Shown: positions 52,180 to 63,537, counted from the first letter of the whole stretch. The stretch is DNA of 63,707 bases, filler included, from 6 parts of 6 records of this genome joined end to end with filler, not necessarily neighbours in it, one strand, 5' to 3'. Numbers and translations are program-made. The notes: generated by a model from the letters alone, not told the origin.

Positions 52180-55100
52180 ATGGCACATGGTAAGGTAGCT
52201 AGAAGGTCAATGGGTGAACTAGACTGGATAACTCTTAGAGCTAAAAAAGTGAAAGAATCAATAATAGAAAAAAGCATGCCTCTTGATGGTTGGTTACTAA
52301 GAGAGGGAAGACAAATAAGTGAAATGAACTACGAGTTTTACTCAGATGATTATAGAGAGATAAATGACGGCGAATATTACTTCTCGCCAGATGGTACAGT
52401 GTTTTTGAAAAATGAGATAACTATTCCTGATAGCATGATTGACGATGAACTATGGTTCTCACTGAAAACTGCTGCTGAGATGATAATAAAAGTAAATGGT
52501 AAATGGGCTGGTGGACTTGATCCTAATAGAAATAGAATACTTATTAAAAAAGCAGAAGATAAAACAACGAAGTTTTCTATCGATATAGAGGGTTACAACA
52601 GATCAAAACCTGATGATGAGAGAAACCTAGAAACAAGTTTCTTGAGAGGTTGTAGACAGATATTTGATAGTGGGGCAATTGTAAGTATCAACAAAGAGTT
52701 AGAAGCTCTTTCGCACGACCTTAACATTTTGATTGACACAATTGATTCGAAATTTACAAGTGATTTCCAGATTGATCTAATTGTTAGAGAATTAGGAATC
52801 GCTCTAAACTTTATAGACACTCAAATTCAAGGTTTTGCTGCTGATAAAGAGGGAATAAACAAAGTTAGAGCCTATATAGCAGAAAAAATATTTAAAAATA
52901 ATACTTATGGTAAAAGCGGTAAAGTTGCCCTTGTATCTCATTCGCATCTAGATATTGCTTATTACTGGAGACAGATTCACACTATACAGAAAAATGCTAG
53001 AACTTGCCTGATTCAGCTTAAACTTATGGAGGAGTATCCAGAGTTTAAATACAGTCATTCGCAAGCCTATACATATGAAATGTTAGAAAAATATTATCCT
53101 GACATGTTCGAAGATGTAAAGAAAAAGATAGAAGATGGTAGCTTTGAAATCGTAGGTGGAATGTATATCGAGCCAGATTGTAATGTTCCATCAGCAGAAT
53201 CATTAGCGAGACAATGTATGTATGGTCAACACTATTTTAGAGAGAAATTTAACAAAACTATTAATAACTGCTGGCTACCTGATGTATTTGGAAATTCATG
53301 GATACTTCCGCAAATTCTAAAAAAATCTGGAATGGAGTATTTTGTATCAAATAAAATGTCTACATGGAATGACACGAATAAATTCCCATACAATAGTTTC
53401 AAATGGAGAGGAATAGATGGAAGTGAAGTACTTGCATCTGTACCGCCGACACACTTTATCACTTGGAATACCCCTGAGCAGATTGCAGAAAACTGGAATG
53501 ATTACCAAGATAAAGAGACTTGTGATGAGACTCTAAACATGTTTGGATTTGGTGACGGTGGAAGTGGAGCAACTAGAGAAATGTTGGAATATATGGATAG
53601 ACTAGAGTATATATCTGAAATCCCTGAAACTAGACACGTAACAGCAGCTCAATATTTAGAAGAAAATTTAAAAGATAATGATGATCTGGGAATATGGGAC
53701 GGAGAGCTTTATCTAGAGATGCATAGAGGAACGTTTACAACAAAAGGTCATATGAAAAAAGCTAATAGAGAGCTTGAAGTTTTAATGAAAAATATAGAAC
53801 TAATGGCAACTTATGCTTACTTGAAGGGTATGGAATATCCAAAAGAGAGAATTGATGAACTGTGGAAAAAATTACTTGTTAATCAGTTCCATGACATTGT
53901 AACTGGTACTCATGTTACACCTGTTGCTAGAGATACAATGGAGACATATAACTATGTTGAGCAGGAGGGAGAAAAACTCCTTGCAGAGTGTTTGGCATAT
54001 TTAGCAACTGATGCAGATGAAAACAGCCTAAATGTTCTGAACACTATATGTAACGACAGAAAAGGTGAAATATTTGTAGCTGGAGAGTTTGATTCAAAAA
54101 CTGTTAAAGGATTTGAAGCCCAAAGAGGACAGAGAAAAGATGCCAAGGGTATCTGGATAGATTCAAAATCGATAGAAGCAATGTCTATGCAAAAGTTTGA
54201 CTTGGTAGATGACAATACAGCTAGTAAAACTGACTGGTTTTCTTATGACCAAGAGACTCACTGCTTAGAGACACCTCATTATCAGTTTATATTCAATCAT
54301 GACAGTTCTATCTTAAGTTTAGTTAGAAAAAGCGGCCTTCGTGAAGTGGTGAAAAAAGGCGACGCAATCAATAAACTTAAGATTTATCATGACTACCCTG
54401 GTATGTATGATGCGTGGGATATATTGAAGAACTACAAAGATGTAGAGGAACCTGTATCAGTAATTGAAGAGATTAAATTAGTTGAGCAAGGGAACCTATT
54501 TGTAGCATTTGAAGCTAAGTTAAAAGTAAATAAATCAGTATTTACCAGTAGAGTAAGAGTATATAAAAATAGTGAGAAAATTGATTTCGAATATTTAGTA
54601 GATTGGAGCGAAAAAAGTAGACTTGCTAAACTTGAGTTTAACCTAAACCTACTATCTAGATATGCTAAATGTGACACTAGTGCAGGAATAATATCTAGAG
54701 AAACTCATAAAAATACAACATGGCAACAAGCTAAATTTGAGGTTGTTGGGCATAAATGGGTAGACCTATCTGAAAATGGTTTTGGTGTGGCTATTCTAAA
54801 TGATGGTAAATATGGTTATGGTTTTGAACAAGATCAAATAGGGATATCGCTACTTAAGGGATCGTTAAGACCAGATCCGCATAGTGATATTGGTCAACAC
54901 TCTTTCATGTTCTCTATGATTCCGCACGAAGGTAGAGTAGAGGAAACATTAGTTGAATGTGAAGCACTTGCCCTTAACACACCAGTTATTAACCTTGGAA
55001 ATAAAGAGATCGATTTCAACTTTATTAAGCTTCAAGCTGATAATTTAGAAATACAGGCTATAAAGAAACCTCAATACTCAGATGAAAAAGAGTTTATTCT

Positions 55101-55290
55101 AAGAGTAGTAGAAACTAAAGGTAAAAGAGGAATGGCAAAAGCTATCTCTAGTTTTGATTTATCGAAGGTAGAAGAGGTAAATCTTTTAGAAGATATTGAG
55201 GAAAATCAAGATGTTACGGTTTTAAATAATCAAATTGCATTTGAATGTAAGCCGTTTGAGATTAAGAGTTTTAAAGTTACATTGAAATAA
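52180..55290 (+). CDS. GH38 alpha-mannosidase
   Basis: HSHLDIAYYW, WLPDVFG, GFGDGGSG, WDGELYLEMHRGTFT, NQFHDIVTG. Confidence 0.92.
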   Translation: MAHGKVARRSMGELDWITLRAKKVKESIIEKSMPLDGWLLREGRQISEMNYEFYSDDYREINDGEYYFSPDGTVFLKNEITIPDSMIDDELWFSLKTAAEMIIKVNGKWAGGLDPNRNRILIKKAEDKTTKFSIDIEGYNRSKPDDERNLETSFLRGCRQIFDSGAIVSINKELEALSHDLNILIDTIDSKFTSDFQIDLIVRELGIALNFIDTQIQGFAADKEGINKVRAYIAEKIFKNNTYGKSGKVALVSHSHLDIAYYWRQIHTIQKNARTCLIQLKLMEEYPEFKYSHSQAYTYEMLEKYYPDMFEDVKKKIEDGSFEIVGGMYIEPDCNVPSAESLARQCMYGQHYFREKFNKTINNCWLPDVFGNSWILPQILKKSGMEYFVSNKMSTWNDTNKFPYNSFKWRGIDGSEVLASVPPTHFITWNTPEQIAENWNDYQDKETCDETLNMFGFGDGGSGATREMLEYMDRLEYISEIPETRHVTAAQYLEENLKDNDDLGIWDGELYLEMHRGTFTTKGHMKKANRELEVLMKNIELMATYAYLKGMEYPKERIDELWKKLLVNQFHDIVTGTHVTPVARDTMETYNYVEQEGEKLLAECLAYLATDADENSLNVLNTICNDRKGEIFVAGEFDSKTVKGFEAQRGQRKDAKGIWIDSKSIEAMSMQKFDLVDDNTASKTDWFSYDQETHCLETPHYQFIFNHDSSILSLVRKSGLREVVKKGDAINKLKIYHDYPGMYDAWDILKNYKDVEEPVSVIEEIKLVEQGNLFVAFEAKLKVNKSVFTSRVRVYKNSEKIDFEYLVDWSEKSRLAKLEFNLNLLSRYAKCDTSAGIISRETHKNTTWQQAKFEVVGHKWVDLSENGFGVAILNDGKYGYGFEQDQIGISLLKGSLRPDPHSDIGQHSFMFSMIPHEGRVEETLVECEALALNTPVINLGNKEIDFNFIKLQADNLEIQAIKKPQYSDEKEFILRVVETKGKRGMAKAISSFDLSKVEEVNLLEDIEENQDVTVLNNQIAFECKPFEIKSFKVTLK

Positions 55291-55310
55291 AAATTGGTAA
55301 CAGGGAATAT

Positions 55311-55340
55311 AAAAAGCCTGTGAAAAATCACGGGCTTTTT
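55311..55340. terminator. Bidirectional terminator
   Basis: aaaaagcctgtga-aaaa-tcacgggcttttt between convergent genes. Confidence 0.8.
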
Positions 55341-55347
55341 ATATGAA

Positions 55348-56364
55348 TTATGTATAAGCTTTTGTTGATTCTCTTTCAAGAATCTCATATTCCGAATAAA
55401 GTTTTTTGTTTATAGGATACTTTTCGTTAAGTAAGTCAATAAAGAGTTTAGCGGCGTTAGTTCCTAAAAGGTGCATTTTCTGATCAACAGTAGTTAGTGA
55501 AGGTGATATTAAAGATGAGATTTCGGTATTACTATAACCGATTACACTAACTTGTTCTGGAATTTTGATTCCCTGTGTTATCAACTCCCTTACAGCACCA
55601 ATTGCAATCATATCTGAAGAACAGAATATTGTGAATGGGAATTTAGGTTTGTTTTCAAGGATAATTTTAACTCCGTCAATTCCACTTTGATAACTATACC
55701 TACATTCAATTATTTTATTTTTATCAAAAGTAAGGCTGTTGTTTTTTAGAACTTCTTTTAAGGCGTTTATTTTAGAAACTGTGGTTTTCCAGTCTGAATC
55801 TCCAAAGAGGTAGATGTTTTTATGTCCTTTTGAAAGCATTAATGACAGCATGTCATAACTTGCTTTTTTTTCATCCACAAGGATAGAGTACATCTTGTCT
55901 CCCCCTCGAATGTAATTGTTGATAAGGACAACTGGAAATTTACTACTTAAATCTCTAATAAATCCTGCATTATTATCTTTTATAGGTCTGCTTCCTGCAA
56001 TAATGAAGCCTTCGACTTTTTTCTGAACCAACATCTCGATTTCTTTTCGCTCGATTTCTGAGTTGTTATTAGTTGAGCATAGGATGATTTTGTATTCCTT
56101 TTGCTGGCAGATGGAGTCGATACCTTTAACTAGCTCAGCGAAAAAAGGGTTTCCTATATCAGAGATGATTACTCCAATGGTTTTCATACTTATTTTATTT
56201 AAACCTCTTGCTAATGCATTAGGGGAATAGTTTTTTTCTTTCATAACAGATAATATTTTCTGTTTGGTCTGTTCTTTAACAGAACCATTATTATTTATAA
56301 CTCTCGATATTGTTGCGACGGATACGTTGCAGTCTTTGGCTAAATCGTAAATAGTGTAACTCAT
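55348..56364 (-). CDS. LacI-family transcriptional regulator
   Basis: TIYDLAKDCNVSVATISRVIN, YSPNALARGL, PSLTTVDQ. Confidence 0.95.
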   Translation of the reverse strand: MSYTIYDLAKDCNVSVATISRVINNNGSVKEQTKQKILSVMKEKNYSPNALARGLNKISMKTIGVIISDIGNPFFAELVKGIDSICQQKEYKIILCSTNNNSEIERKEIEMLVQKKVEGFIIAGSRPIKDNNAGFIRDLSSKFPVVLINNYIRGGDKMYSILVDEKKASYDMLSLMLSKGHKNIYLFGDSDWKTTVSKINALKEVLKNNSLTFDKNKIIECRYSYQSGIDGVKIILENKPKFPFTIFCSSDMIAIGAVRELITQGIKIPEQVSVIGYSNTEISSLISPSLTTVDQKMHLLGTNAAKLFIDLLNEKYPINKKLYSEYEILERESTKAYT

Positions 56365-56498
56365 AGTTAATTCCTTTCTTTAGGTGGTGATATAAAAGTT
56401 TTGGTTCTTGGATTTGTTACGAAAAAATTCGTATATCCAGTATTATACAATATTAAATAAAATTTATCCAGATCTTTAGCAAATATGATAATAAAAAA

Positions 56499-56911
56499 TG
56501 GAACCAGTTACATTTTTAAATGTTTTTGACTTTACAAAACGGATTATATGGTATATAATCGGGATGTAAAGATTGGATATGAAACATTTCTAGAGTATTT
56601 ATAGCTAGAAAGTTCATTTCTTTTTTTACTATAAAATGTAACAGGTTACAAAAAATAAACCTGTAAAACCTACATGTGTAGGGATGGGTTTAGGGAAAAG
56701 CTAAGAAATGGAGATACGCTTTAAATTAGAATAGACATAAAATTCCTAAACTATTTGGGGAATTATTTGTAATTCTAAGGCGAAAAAATCAAAGAAATTA
56801 ACTATTTAATTTTGCTAAAGAACCAGAACAATTATGTCAAAAAAACACTTAAATGTTTTTCGATGTAAACATTAAGGAGGGATGACGGAAGTATCAGTGT
56901 AACAGGTTACG
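56499..56911. promoter_or_regulatory. Three LacI-type operators (TGTAACnnGTTACA) and a sigma70 promoter
   Basis: TGGAACCAGTTACA 56499-56512, TGTAACAGGTTACA 56637-56650, TGTAACAGGTTACG 56898-56911; TTTACA-17-TATAAT at 56531-56559. Confidence 0.75.
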
Positions 56912-56968
56912 GAATAATGTGAGGTTACTTATTAGTCAATGTACAAATATCTAAGGAGGAAAAAATTA

Positions 56969-57981
56969 ATGAAAAGATCGAAGAAAATTACTTTATTGGT
57001 TGTAATTATGCTATTATCATTTGCTTCAGTTTCATACTCGTTTTTAGGATTTGGTAAAAAGAAAAAAGTAAGAACCAAGTACTTAAACTTGCTCATAACT
57101 TAAATGAACAACATACAGTGCATATAGCTTTAATGGATTTTGCAAAACGTGTTGAGGAAAAAACAGGTGGGCAATTAAAAGTTCAAATATATCCGAATGG
57201 TCAATTAGGTGGAGAAGCAGAAGTATTAGAACAACTTCAAGTTGGGGCGGTTGCGATGACAAAAGTATCTGCGGCTGCATTAACTACTTATGCAGAAGGA
57301 TATAACGCTTTCACACTTCCGTATGTATTTAAAGATGAAAAACACTACTTCGACTGTATGGAATCAGAAGCAGTAGCAAAATTGTATGATAGTACAGCAG
57401 AAAAAGGTTTTGTTGGGCTGACTTTCTATAACTCAGGAGCGAGATCATTTTATACGGTTGATAAACCTATCTTAAAACCATCTGATTTAAAGGGTGTTAA
57501 AATTAGAGTAATGGGATTCCCATCTCAAACTGACATGATTCAAGCACTTGGCGGAACTCCAGTAGGACTACCGTATGGAGAGGTATATACTTCACTACAA
57601 AGTGGAATCATTGATGGTGCAGAGAGTAATGAAACAGCATTAACAAATGGTAAGCATGGAGAAGTTGCTAAAACATTTAGTTTTGATGAGCATACGAGAA
57701 TTCCTGATATTCTAGTAATCAGTTCAAGAGTGTTTGATAAATTAACTGTTGAACAAAAAAAAGCTGTAAAAGATGCTGCAATGGAATCAACGAATGTGCA
57801 TAAAGGTTTATGGACTGCTTCAATTGATGCTGCAAAAGAAGAAGCTAAATCTAAATTAGGTGTTACTTTCTATAATGTAGATAAAGAACCGTTTAGACAA
57901 GCTGTTAAACCAATGTTAGAAGAATATGGTAGTAAAATGCCAGAAGTAAAAGAGTTGCTTGATAATTTCGAAAAAATATAA
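56969..57981 (+). CDS. dctP: TRAP transporter substrate-binding protein; frameshift at A6 57062-57067
   Basis: AAGGAGG RBS and signal peptide from ATG 56969; adding one A gives QVLKLAHN...HTVH; YPNGQLG, GARSFY, LKGVKIRV. Confidence 0.9.
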
Positions 57982-58003
57982 TATATGAATAAAATTTGAT
58001 AAA

Positions 58004-58036
58004 AATGAGTGTTGAAAATTATATTCAACACTCATT
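58004..58036 (+). other. Stem-loop after dctP (probable mRNA stabiliser)
   Basis: aatgagtgttgaa-aattata-ttcaacactcatt. Confidence 0.55.
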
Positions 58037-58125
58037 GATAATAAAAAGTTCTGCATATAGCAGAAACTAATTGGATTTATTTATATGCAGAATTTTTTAA
58101 TAGTTGAAAAGTTATGGGAGGCTAA

Positions 58126-58596
58126 ATGGAAACTATAAAAAAATATTTAAATACTGGATTATCATATATTATTTCAACTCTTTTGGTTGTAATGACATTA
58201 CTTGTTTTATGGCAGGTTTTTACTAGATATATAATGAACGATCCAAGTACATTTACAGAAGAATTAGTTATTATCATTTTAGTATGGACATCATTTCTTG
58301 GAGCTGCTTATGCATTTGGTACAAGAGAGCATATGTCCCTTATATTTTTAAAACAGAGTTTGAAAGGTAATAAGAAAAAAATGTTGTGCGTTTTTATAGA
58401 TCTCATTATTTTGATGTTTGCGTTAGTTATATTAGTTGGAGGGGGAAAAGAGATAACAATGGGTGTTATCTCTGTCAGAACTCCAATATTAAAAATATCA
58501 AAAGGTATGATTTATGTATCAACATTTGTGTCAGGAATTATTATATCAATATTTCAGGTTATGAATATTATCGAAGATTTCAAACTTAAAGATTAA
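58126..58596 (+). CDS. dctQ: TRAP small permease
   Basis: Four TM helices, QVFTRY, TEEL, FLGAAY...EH. Confidence 0.92.
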   Translation: METIKKYLNTGLSYIISTLLVVMTLLVLWQVFTRYIMNDPSTFTEELVIIILVWTSFLGAAYAFGTREHMSLIFLKQSLKGNKKKMLCVFIDLIILMFALVILVGGGKEITMGVISVRTPILKISKGMIYVSTFVSGIIISIFQVMNIIEDFKLKD

Positions 58597-58616
58597 TAGA
58601 AGGGGCTGAGAAATAG

Positions 58617-59915
58617 ATGGCATTAGAAGCAGCATTAGTACTGTTTATTGTATTTTTCGTATTTTTAGTAATAGGTGTACCTATCTCAATAGGGATAGGG
58701 ATGGCAGCAATAGTTACAGCTCTCATGGTTGTACCTGCTGATGTAGCAATTTTTACCATTTCACAAAAGATGGTAAGTGGAATTAGTAGTTTTTCACTAT
58801 TAGCGGTTCCATTGTTTGTCCTATCTGGAAACATTATGAATAATGGAGGTATAGCTAAAAGGTTAGTTAATTTCTCAAAAGTGGTAGCAGGTAGGATTCC
58901 AGGATCTCTTGCCCATACAAATGTATTGGGAAACATGTTATTTGGTTCTCTATCAGGTTCAGCTGTTGCATCTTGTGCAGCTATAGGTGGAACTATGGCA
59001 CCTTTAGAAAAAGAGGAAGGTTATGATCCGGCTTTTTCGGCAGCAGTTAATATAGCGTCTTGTGCAACAGGAATGTTAATTCCACCAAGTGGAGTCTTAA
59101 TCCTTTATTCGCTAGTTGCTGGAGGAGTATCGGTATCAGCACTATTTATAGCTGGATACATTCCTGGAATTATGATGGGGCTTGCTGTTATGGGTGTTGC
59201 ATATTATTATGCAAAGAAAAATAACTATCCTGTATCTGAAAAAGTTACTTTTAGTGAAGGGTTAAAAACATTCTTTGATGCTGTTCCAAGCCTCCTATTA
59301 ATAATAATAGTAATAGGAGGAATAGTATTTGGAGTTTTTACAGCAACTGAAGGAGCTGCTGTAGCGGTAGCATATACGTTCATACTTTCACTTTTTTACA
59401 AAACTTTGAATCTACAAATTATGAAACAGATTATATTAAAAACCGCTGTAACAACTGGAGTAATTATGTTCTTAGTTTCAGCATCATCTGCGATGTCTTG
59501 GGTAATGGCTTTTTCAGGTATTCCTCAAGCAATTAGTTCATTAATTATGTCAATTTCTGACAATAAATATATAATTTTATTTATTATAAATATTACCCTT
59601 TTAATCGTAGGAACGTTTATGGATTTAACTCCTGCGGTGCTTATTTTTACCCCGATATTTTTACCTATAGCTACAGAGTTAGGTTTACATCCAGTACATT
59701 TTGGGATATTCCTAGTGTTTAATCTTTGTATAGGGATTATGACACCACCTGTAGGTAGTGTATTGTTTGTTGGGTGTAGTGTTGGTGATGTTTCTATTGA
59801 AAAAGTACTGAAACCATTGTTGCCATTTTTTGCGGCACTTATTTTGGTACTAATGTTACTAACGTATATTCCTGAAATATGCTTGATATTACCTAGATTG
59901 TTCAAACTAATATAG
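58617..59915 (+). CDS. dctM: TRAP large permease
   Basis: LLAVPLF, GSLSGSAVA, LIPPS, FTATEG, TPPVG. Confidence 0.95.
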   Translation: MALEAALVLFIVFFVFLVIGVPISIGIGMAAIVTALMVVPADVAIFTISQKMVSGISSFSLLAVPLFVLSGNIMNNGGIAKRLVNFSKVVAGRIPGSLAHTNVLGNMLFGSLSGSAVASCAAIGGTMAPLEKEEGYDPAFSAAVNIASCATGMLIPPSGVLILYSLVAGGVSVSALFIAGYIPGIMMGLAVMGVAYYYAKKNNYPVSEKVTFSEGLKTFFDAVPSLLLIIIVIGGIVFGVFTATEGAAVAVAYTFILSLFYKTLNLQIMKQIILKTAVTTGVIMFLVSASSAMSWVMAFSGIPQAISSLIMSISDNKYIILFIINITLLIVGTFMDLTPAVLIFTPIFLPIATELGLHPVHFGIFLVFNLCIGIMTPPVGSVLFVGCSVGDVSIEKVLKPLLPFFAALILVLMLLTYIPEICLILPRLFKLI

Positions 59916-59929
59916 CGAGGGGAAGTAAG

Positions 59930-62329
59930 ATGATAAGAAAAAATTATATGTTTGATTTTATTAAGTCTGAAAATAATACATTAACATTTAAACAAAATAA
60001 TGGAAGAACCACTGTAAAAATATTTGTTTTAGAGGAAAAAGTTATTAGAGTGATGTTTTATGAAAAAGAATTAAAATTAGATAAAACATGGCTTGTAGCT
60101 CCTGATATGGACGATATAGCGAAAGAAGGAAGAGATAGGTTTGATTTAGAACCTTTTACTTGTCCAGAATTTATTTATAAAATAAATGAAAAAAGCTGTA
60201 TTATTGAAACCTCTGAAATTAAAGTTGAATTTGACTTAAATGGAATGAGAGCATCATGGTATGCGAAACTCGAAGCTTCAGAAATTTTATTTGCAAGAGA
60301 TAGAAAAACTCAAGCTTACAATATAGAGAATTCTCTAGGTGATGGAATATATCATTATTTAGAAAGAGACCTAAACGAACAATATTACGGCTTAGGTGAA
60401 AAGGCTGGTAACTCAGATAGGCACGGTAAAAGATATAAAATGATGAGTGTTGATCCAATGGGCTATAATGCTGAATTTACAGATCCACTTTATAAACATA
60501 TTCCATTTTATATAACAAGAAATAGCGAGACAGGAATATCATTTGGAATATTTTATGACAACTTGGCAACTTCAACATTTGATATGGGGAATGAACTGGA
60601 TAACTATCATGGATATTATAGATACTACAATGCGATAGATGGAGACTTGGATTATTATATAATTTTAGGACCTGACATCAAAAATGTAACTAAAACAGTG
60701 TCTTGGTTATCGGGAAAAACAATCTTTATGCCAAAATGGAGTATAGGTTACTCTGGCTCAACTATGAGCTACACAGATGCACCTAATGCTCAAGAGCAAT
60801 TACAAAATTTTGTAAAAGACTGTAGAAAACATGATATACCATGCGATTCGTTCCAACTGTCATCTGGTTATACCTCTATAGAGAATAAAAGATATGTATT
60901 TAATTGGAATAAAGAGAAAGTGCCTACTCCAAAAGATATGTCAAAAAGTTTTCATGATAATGGTATAAAATTATGTGCAAATATAAAACCTGCTCTTCTA
61001 ATTGATCATCCAATGTACAAAGAGTTGGAAGAGAAAAAAATGTTTGTTTTAAACAGGTATAGAGATGAAACTGAAGTAGCACAGTTTTGGGATGAGCTTG
61101 GAGCTTATGTTGATTTTACCAATCCAGAAGCATTTAACTGGTGGAAATCACAAGTTACTGAAAAGTTATTAGAGTTTGGAATAGATAGTACTTGGAATGA
61201 TAATAATGAATATGAAATTTGGGATGAAAAAGCAGTTGCTAACGGTTTTGGAAAAGAAGTTAATATAGGTCAAATTCGTCCTTTGCAATCGCTTCTTATG
61301 ATGAAAGCTTCGTATGAGGCACAAAAAGAGTTTGCACCAAATATTAGACCTTACCTTATATCGCGGTCAGGTTGTCCAGGGATGCAAAGATATGTTCAGA
61401 CGTGGTCTGGAGATAATAGAACAAACTACAACTCGTTGAAATTTAATATTAAAATGGGTATAGGTCTAAGCCTAAGCGGTGTATACAATATCGGTCATGA
61501 TGTTGGAGGATTCGCAGGTGAAGCACCTGAACCGGAACTATTTATTAGATGGATTCAAAATGGTATATTTCATCCAAGATTTACGATTCACTCATGGAAT
61601 GATGATGCAACTGTAAATGAACCATGGATGTACACGGAATTTACTCATTTTGTGAGAGATGCTATTAAATTCAGAACAAGAATAACGCCGTATCTTTACA
61701 ACCTTTTATACAAAGCACACAAGGATTACGAGCCAATGGTTAAACCTACTTTTTATGATTTTGAGCATGATCCAAATACCTTCGAAGAGTCAGATGATTT
61801 CATGCTTGGGAATGATATGTTGATAGCGTCAGTTGTGGAAAAATCACAATTTGAGCGAAAAGTTTATTTGCCAAATGCAGAAAATGGCTGGTATGATTAT
61901 TATACGGAATTATGGTATAAGGGAGGACAGGAAGTAACAATACCTGCACCATTACACTACAATCCGTTATTGATAAAAGCTGGGGCAATTATACCAATCA
62001 ACGATGCCGATGTGACTTTTGACACTAAGGCGAAAGATGAAAGAGGATTTATGTTATATCCTGTAAAGGGTGATGGCGAAAGTGACTATACTTTGTTTGA
62101 GGATGATGGCACAAGTTTTGATTATTTGACTGGTGGATATACAGATGTAAGTGTAAGTATGAAATCTGAAGCTGATAAAGTAAGTGTAGAAATATCTAAA
62201 GCAGGAAATTATGAACTTTCGTATAAAACAGTTAGAGTATATTTCCCAAAACAAGAGAAAAGAAAGATTGTATTGAATGGAAATAGTGTTGATGCGAATA
62301 ATGAAAATGTATTTGAAATAACACTTTAA
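59930..62329 (+). CDS. GH31 glycoside hydrolase (Aec37-like subfamily)
   Basis: YGLGEKAG, DPLYKHIPF, FQLSSGYTS, nucleophile WNDNNE, WSGDN, HDVGGF. Confidence 0.88.
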   Translation: MIRKNYMFDFIKSENNTLTFKQNNGRTTVKIFVLEEKVIRVMFYEKELKLDKTWLVAPDMDDIAKEGRDRFDLEPFTCPEFIYKINEKSCIIETSEIKVEFDLNGMRASWYAKLEASEILFARDRKTQAYNIENSLGDGIYHYLERDLNEQYYGLGEKAGNSDRHGKRYKMMSVDPMGYNAEFTDPLYKHIPFYITRNSETGISFGIFYDNLATSTFDMGNELDNYHGYYRYYNAIDGDLDYYIILGPDIKNVTKTVSWLSGKTIFMPKWSIGYSGSTMSYTDAPNAQEQLQNFVKDCRKHDIPCDSFQLSSGYTSIENKRYVFNWNKEKVPTPKDMSKSFHDNGIKLCANIKPALLIDHPMYKELEEKKMFVLNRYRDETEVAQFWDELGAYVDFTNPEAFNWWKSQVTEKLLEFGIDSTWNDNNEYEIWDEKAVANGFGKEVNIGQIRPLQSLLMMKASYEAQKEFAPNIRPYLISRSGCPGMQRYVQTWSGDNRTNYNSLKFNIKMGIGLSLSGVYNIGHDVGGFAGEAPEPELFIRWIQNGIFHPRFTIHSWNDDATVNEPWMYTEFTHFVRDAIKFRTRITPYLYNLLYKAHKDYEPMVKPTFYDFEHDPNTFEESDDFMLGNDMLIASVVEKSQFERKVYLPNAENGWYDYYTELWYKGGQEVTIPAPLHYNPLLIKAGAIIPINDADVTFDTKAKDERGFMLYPVKGDGESDYTLFEDDGTSFDYLTGGYTDVSVSMKSEADKVSVEISKAGNYELSYKTVRVYFPKQEKRKIVLNGNSVDANNENVFEITL

Positions 62330-62496
62330 GAAGTTTTTAAATAAACAAAAATAAAGTTTATTATGAAAAAATCAAGAGTTATACAATTAAACTATTGAAT
62401 TTGAACTTCTAAAGCTCTCTTTATGAATAACAGAAGAAGCATCAGTAATTCATTCGATAGCTAAGAATTTCTAAATTAAACTTAGGAGGTAGTACC

Positions 62497-63537
62497 ATGA
62501 AGATGACCTTTAGGTGGTATGGGGCAGATGACCCAGTAACACTAGAGAACATTAGGCAGATTCCCGGGATGTCAGGGGTAGTTACGGCTATTTACGATAT
62601 ACCAGTTGGGGATGAGTGGCCTATTGAAAAGATTAAAGAACTGAGAGAAACTGTAAATAATGCAGGGCTTGAGATGGAAGTTATCGAGAGTGTTCCTGTA
62701 CATGAAGATATAAAGTTAGGATTAGAAACTAGAGATCTATATATAGAAAACTATAAGAAAAACATCAGAAATTTAGCTGAAAATGGAGTTAAATGTATCT
62801 GCTATAACTTTATGCCAGTATTTGACTGGACTAGATCAAATCTTGATTTTAAACTAGAAGACGGATCGTCGGCACTGGTTTATTTCAAAGATGAAGTTGC
62901 AAAGATGGATCCTAAAACAGGTGAGCTTGATCTACCTGGTTGGGATACGAGTTATGGAGAGGGTGGACTTGGTGGTCTGCTTGATAAATACAAAGATGTA
63001 AGTGAAGAGGATTTATGGAATAACTTACAGTATTTCTTAAAACAAATCATTCCAGTTGCGGAAGAGGTTAGAGTAAAAATGGCTATTCATCCGGATGACC
63101 CACCGTGGCCAATTTTTGGACTACCTAGAGTAATCACAAGTACAGAAAATCTTAGAAGATTCCTAGGGTTAGTTGACTCAGAATATAACGGATTAACTCT
63201 TTGTAGTGGTTCATTAGGAGCATCAAAATCAAATGATATCCCTGAGATGGTTAGAGAGTTTGGAAAGAGAATTCATTTTGCTCATATTAGAAATGTAAAA
63301 ATTCCTGAAGATGGAAGTTTTGAAGAAGCTGCTCATTTATCAAAGTGTGGAGATTTAGATATCGTTAAAATATTAGAAGCATACTATGATACAGGTTTTG
63401 AAGGCTATATTAGACCAGATCACGGTAGAATGATCTGGGGAGAAACAGGAAAACCTGGCTATGGACTTTATGATAGAGCCCTTGGAGCTACATATTTAAA
63501 TGGTATATGGGAAACACTAGAAAAATTAAAGAAATAA
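62497..63537 (+). CDS. uxuA: Mannonate dehydratase
   Basis: [51 protein letters not shown]. Confidence 0.96.
   Translation: MKMTFRWYGADDPVTLENIRQIPGMSGVVTAIYDIPVGDEWPIEKIKELRETVNNAGLEMEVIESVPVHEDIKLGLETRDLYIENYKKNIRNLAENGVKCICYNFMPVFDWTRSNLDFKLEDGSSALVYFKDEVAKMDPKTGELDLPGWDTSYGEGGLGGLLDKYKDVSEEDLWNNLQYFLKQIIPVAEEVRVKMAIHPDDPPWPIFGLPRVITSTENLRRFLGLVDSEYNGLTLCSGSLGASKSNDIPEMVREFGKRIHFAHIRNVKIPEDGSFEEAAHLSKCGDLDIVKILEAYYDTGFEGYIRPDHGRMIWGETGKPGYGLYDRALGATYLNGIWETLEKLKK

Noticed and set aside
56874-56902. Leader mini-ORF MTEVSV behind AAGGAGG
   Set aside because: The SD-to-ATG spacing is about 1 nt, too short for efficient initiation.
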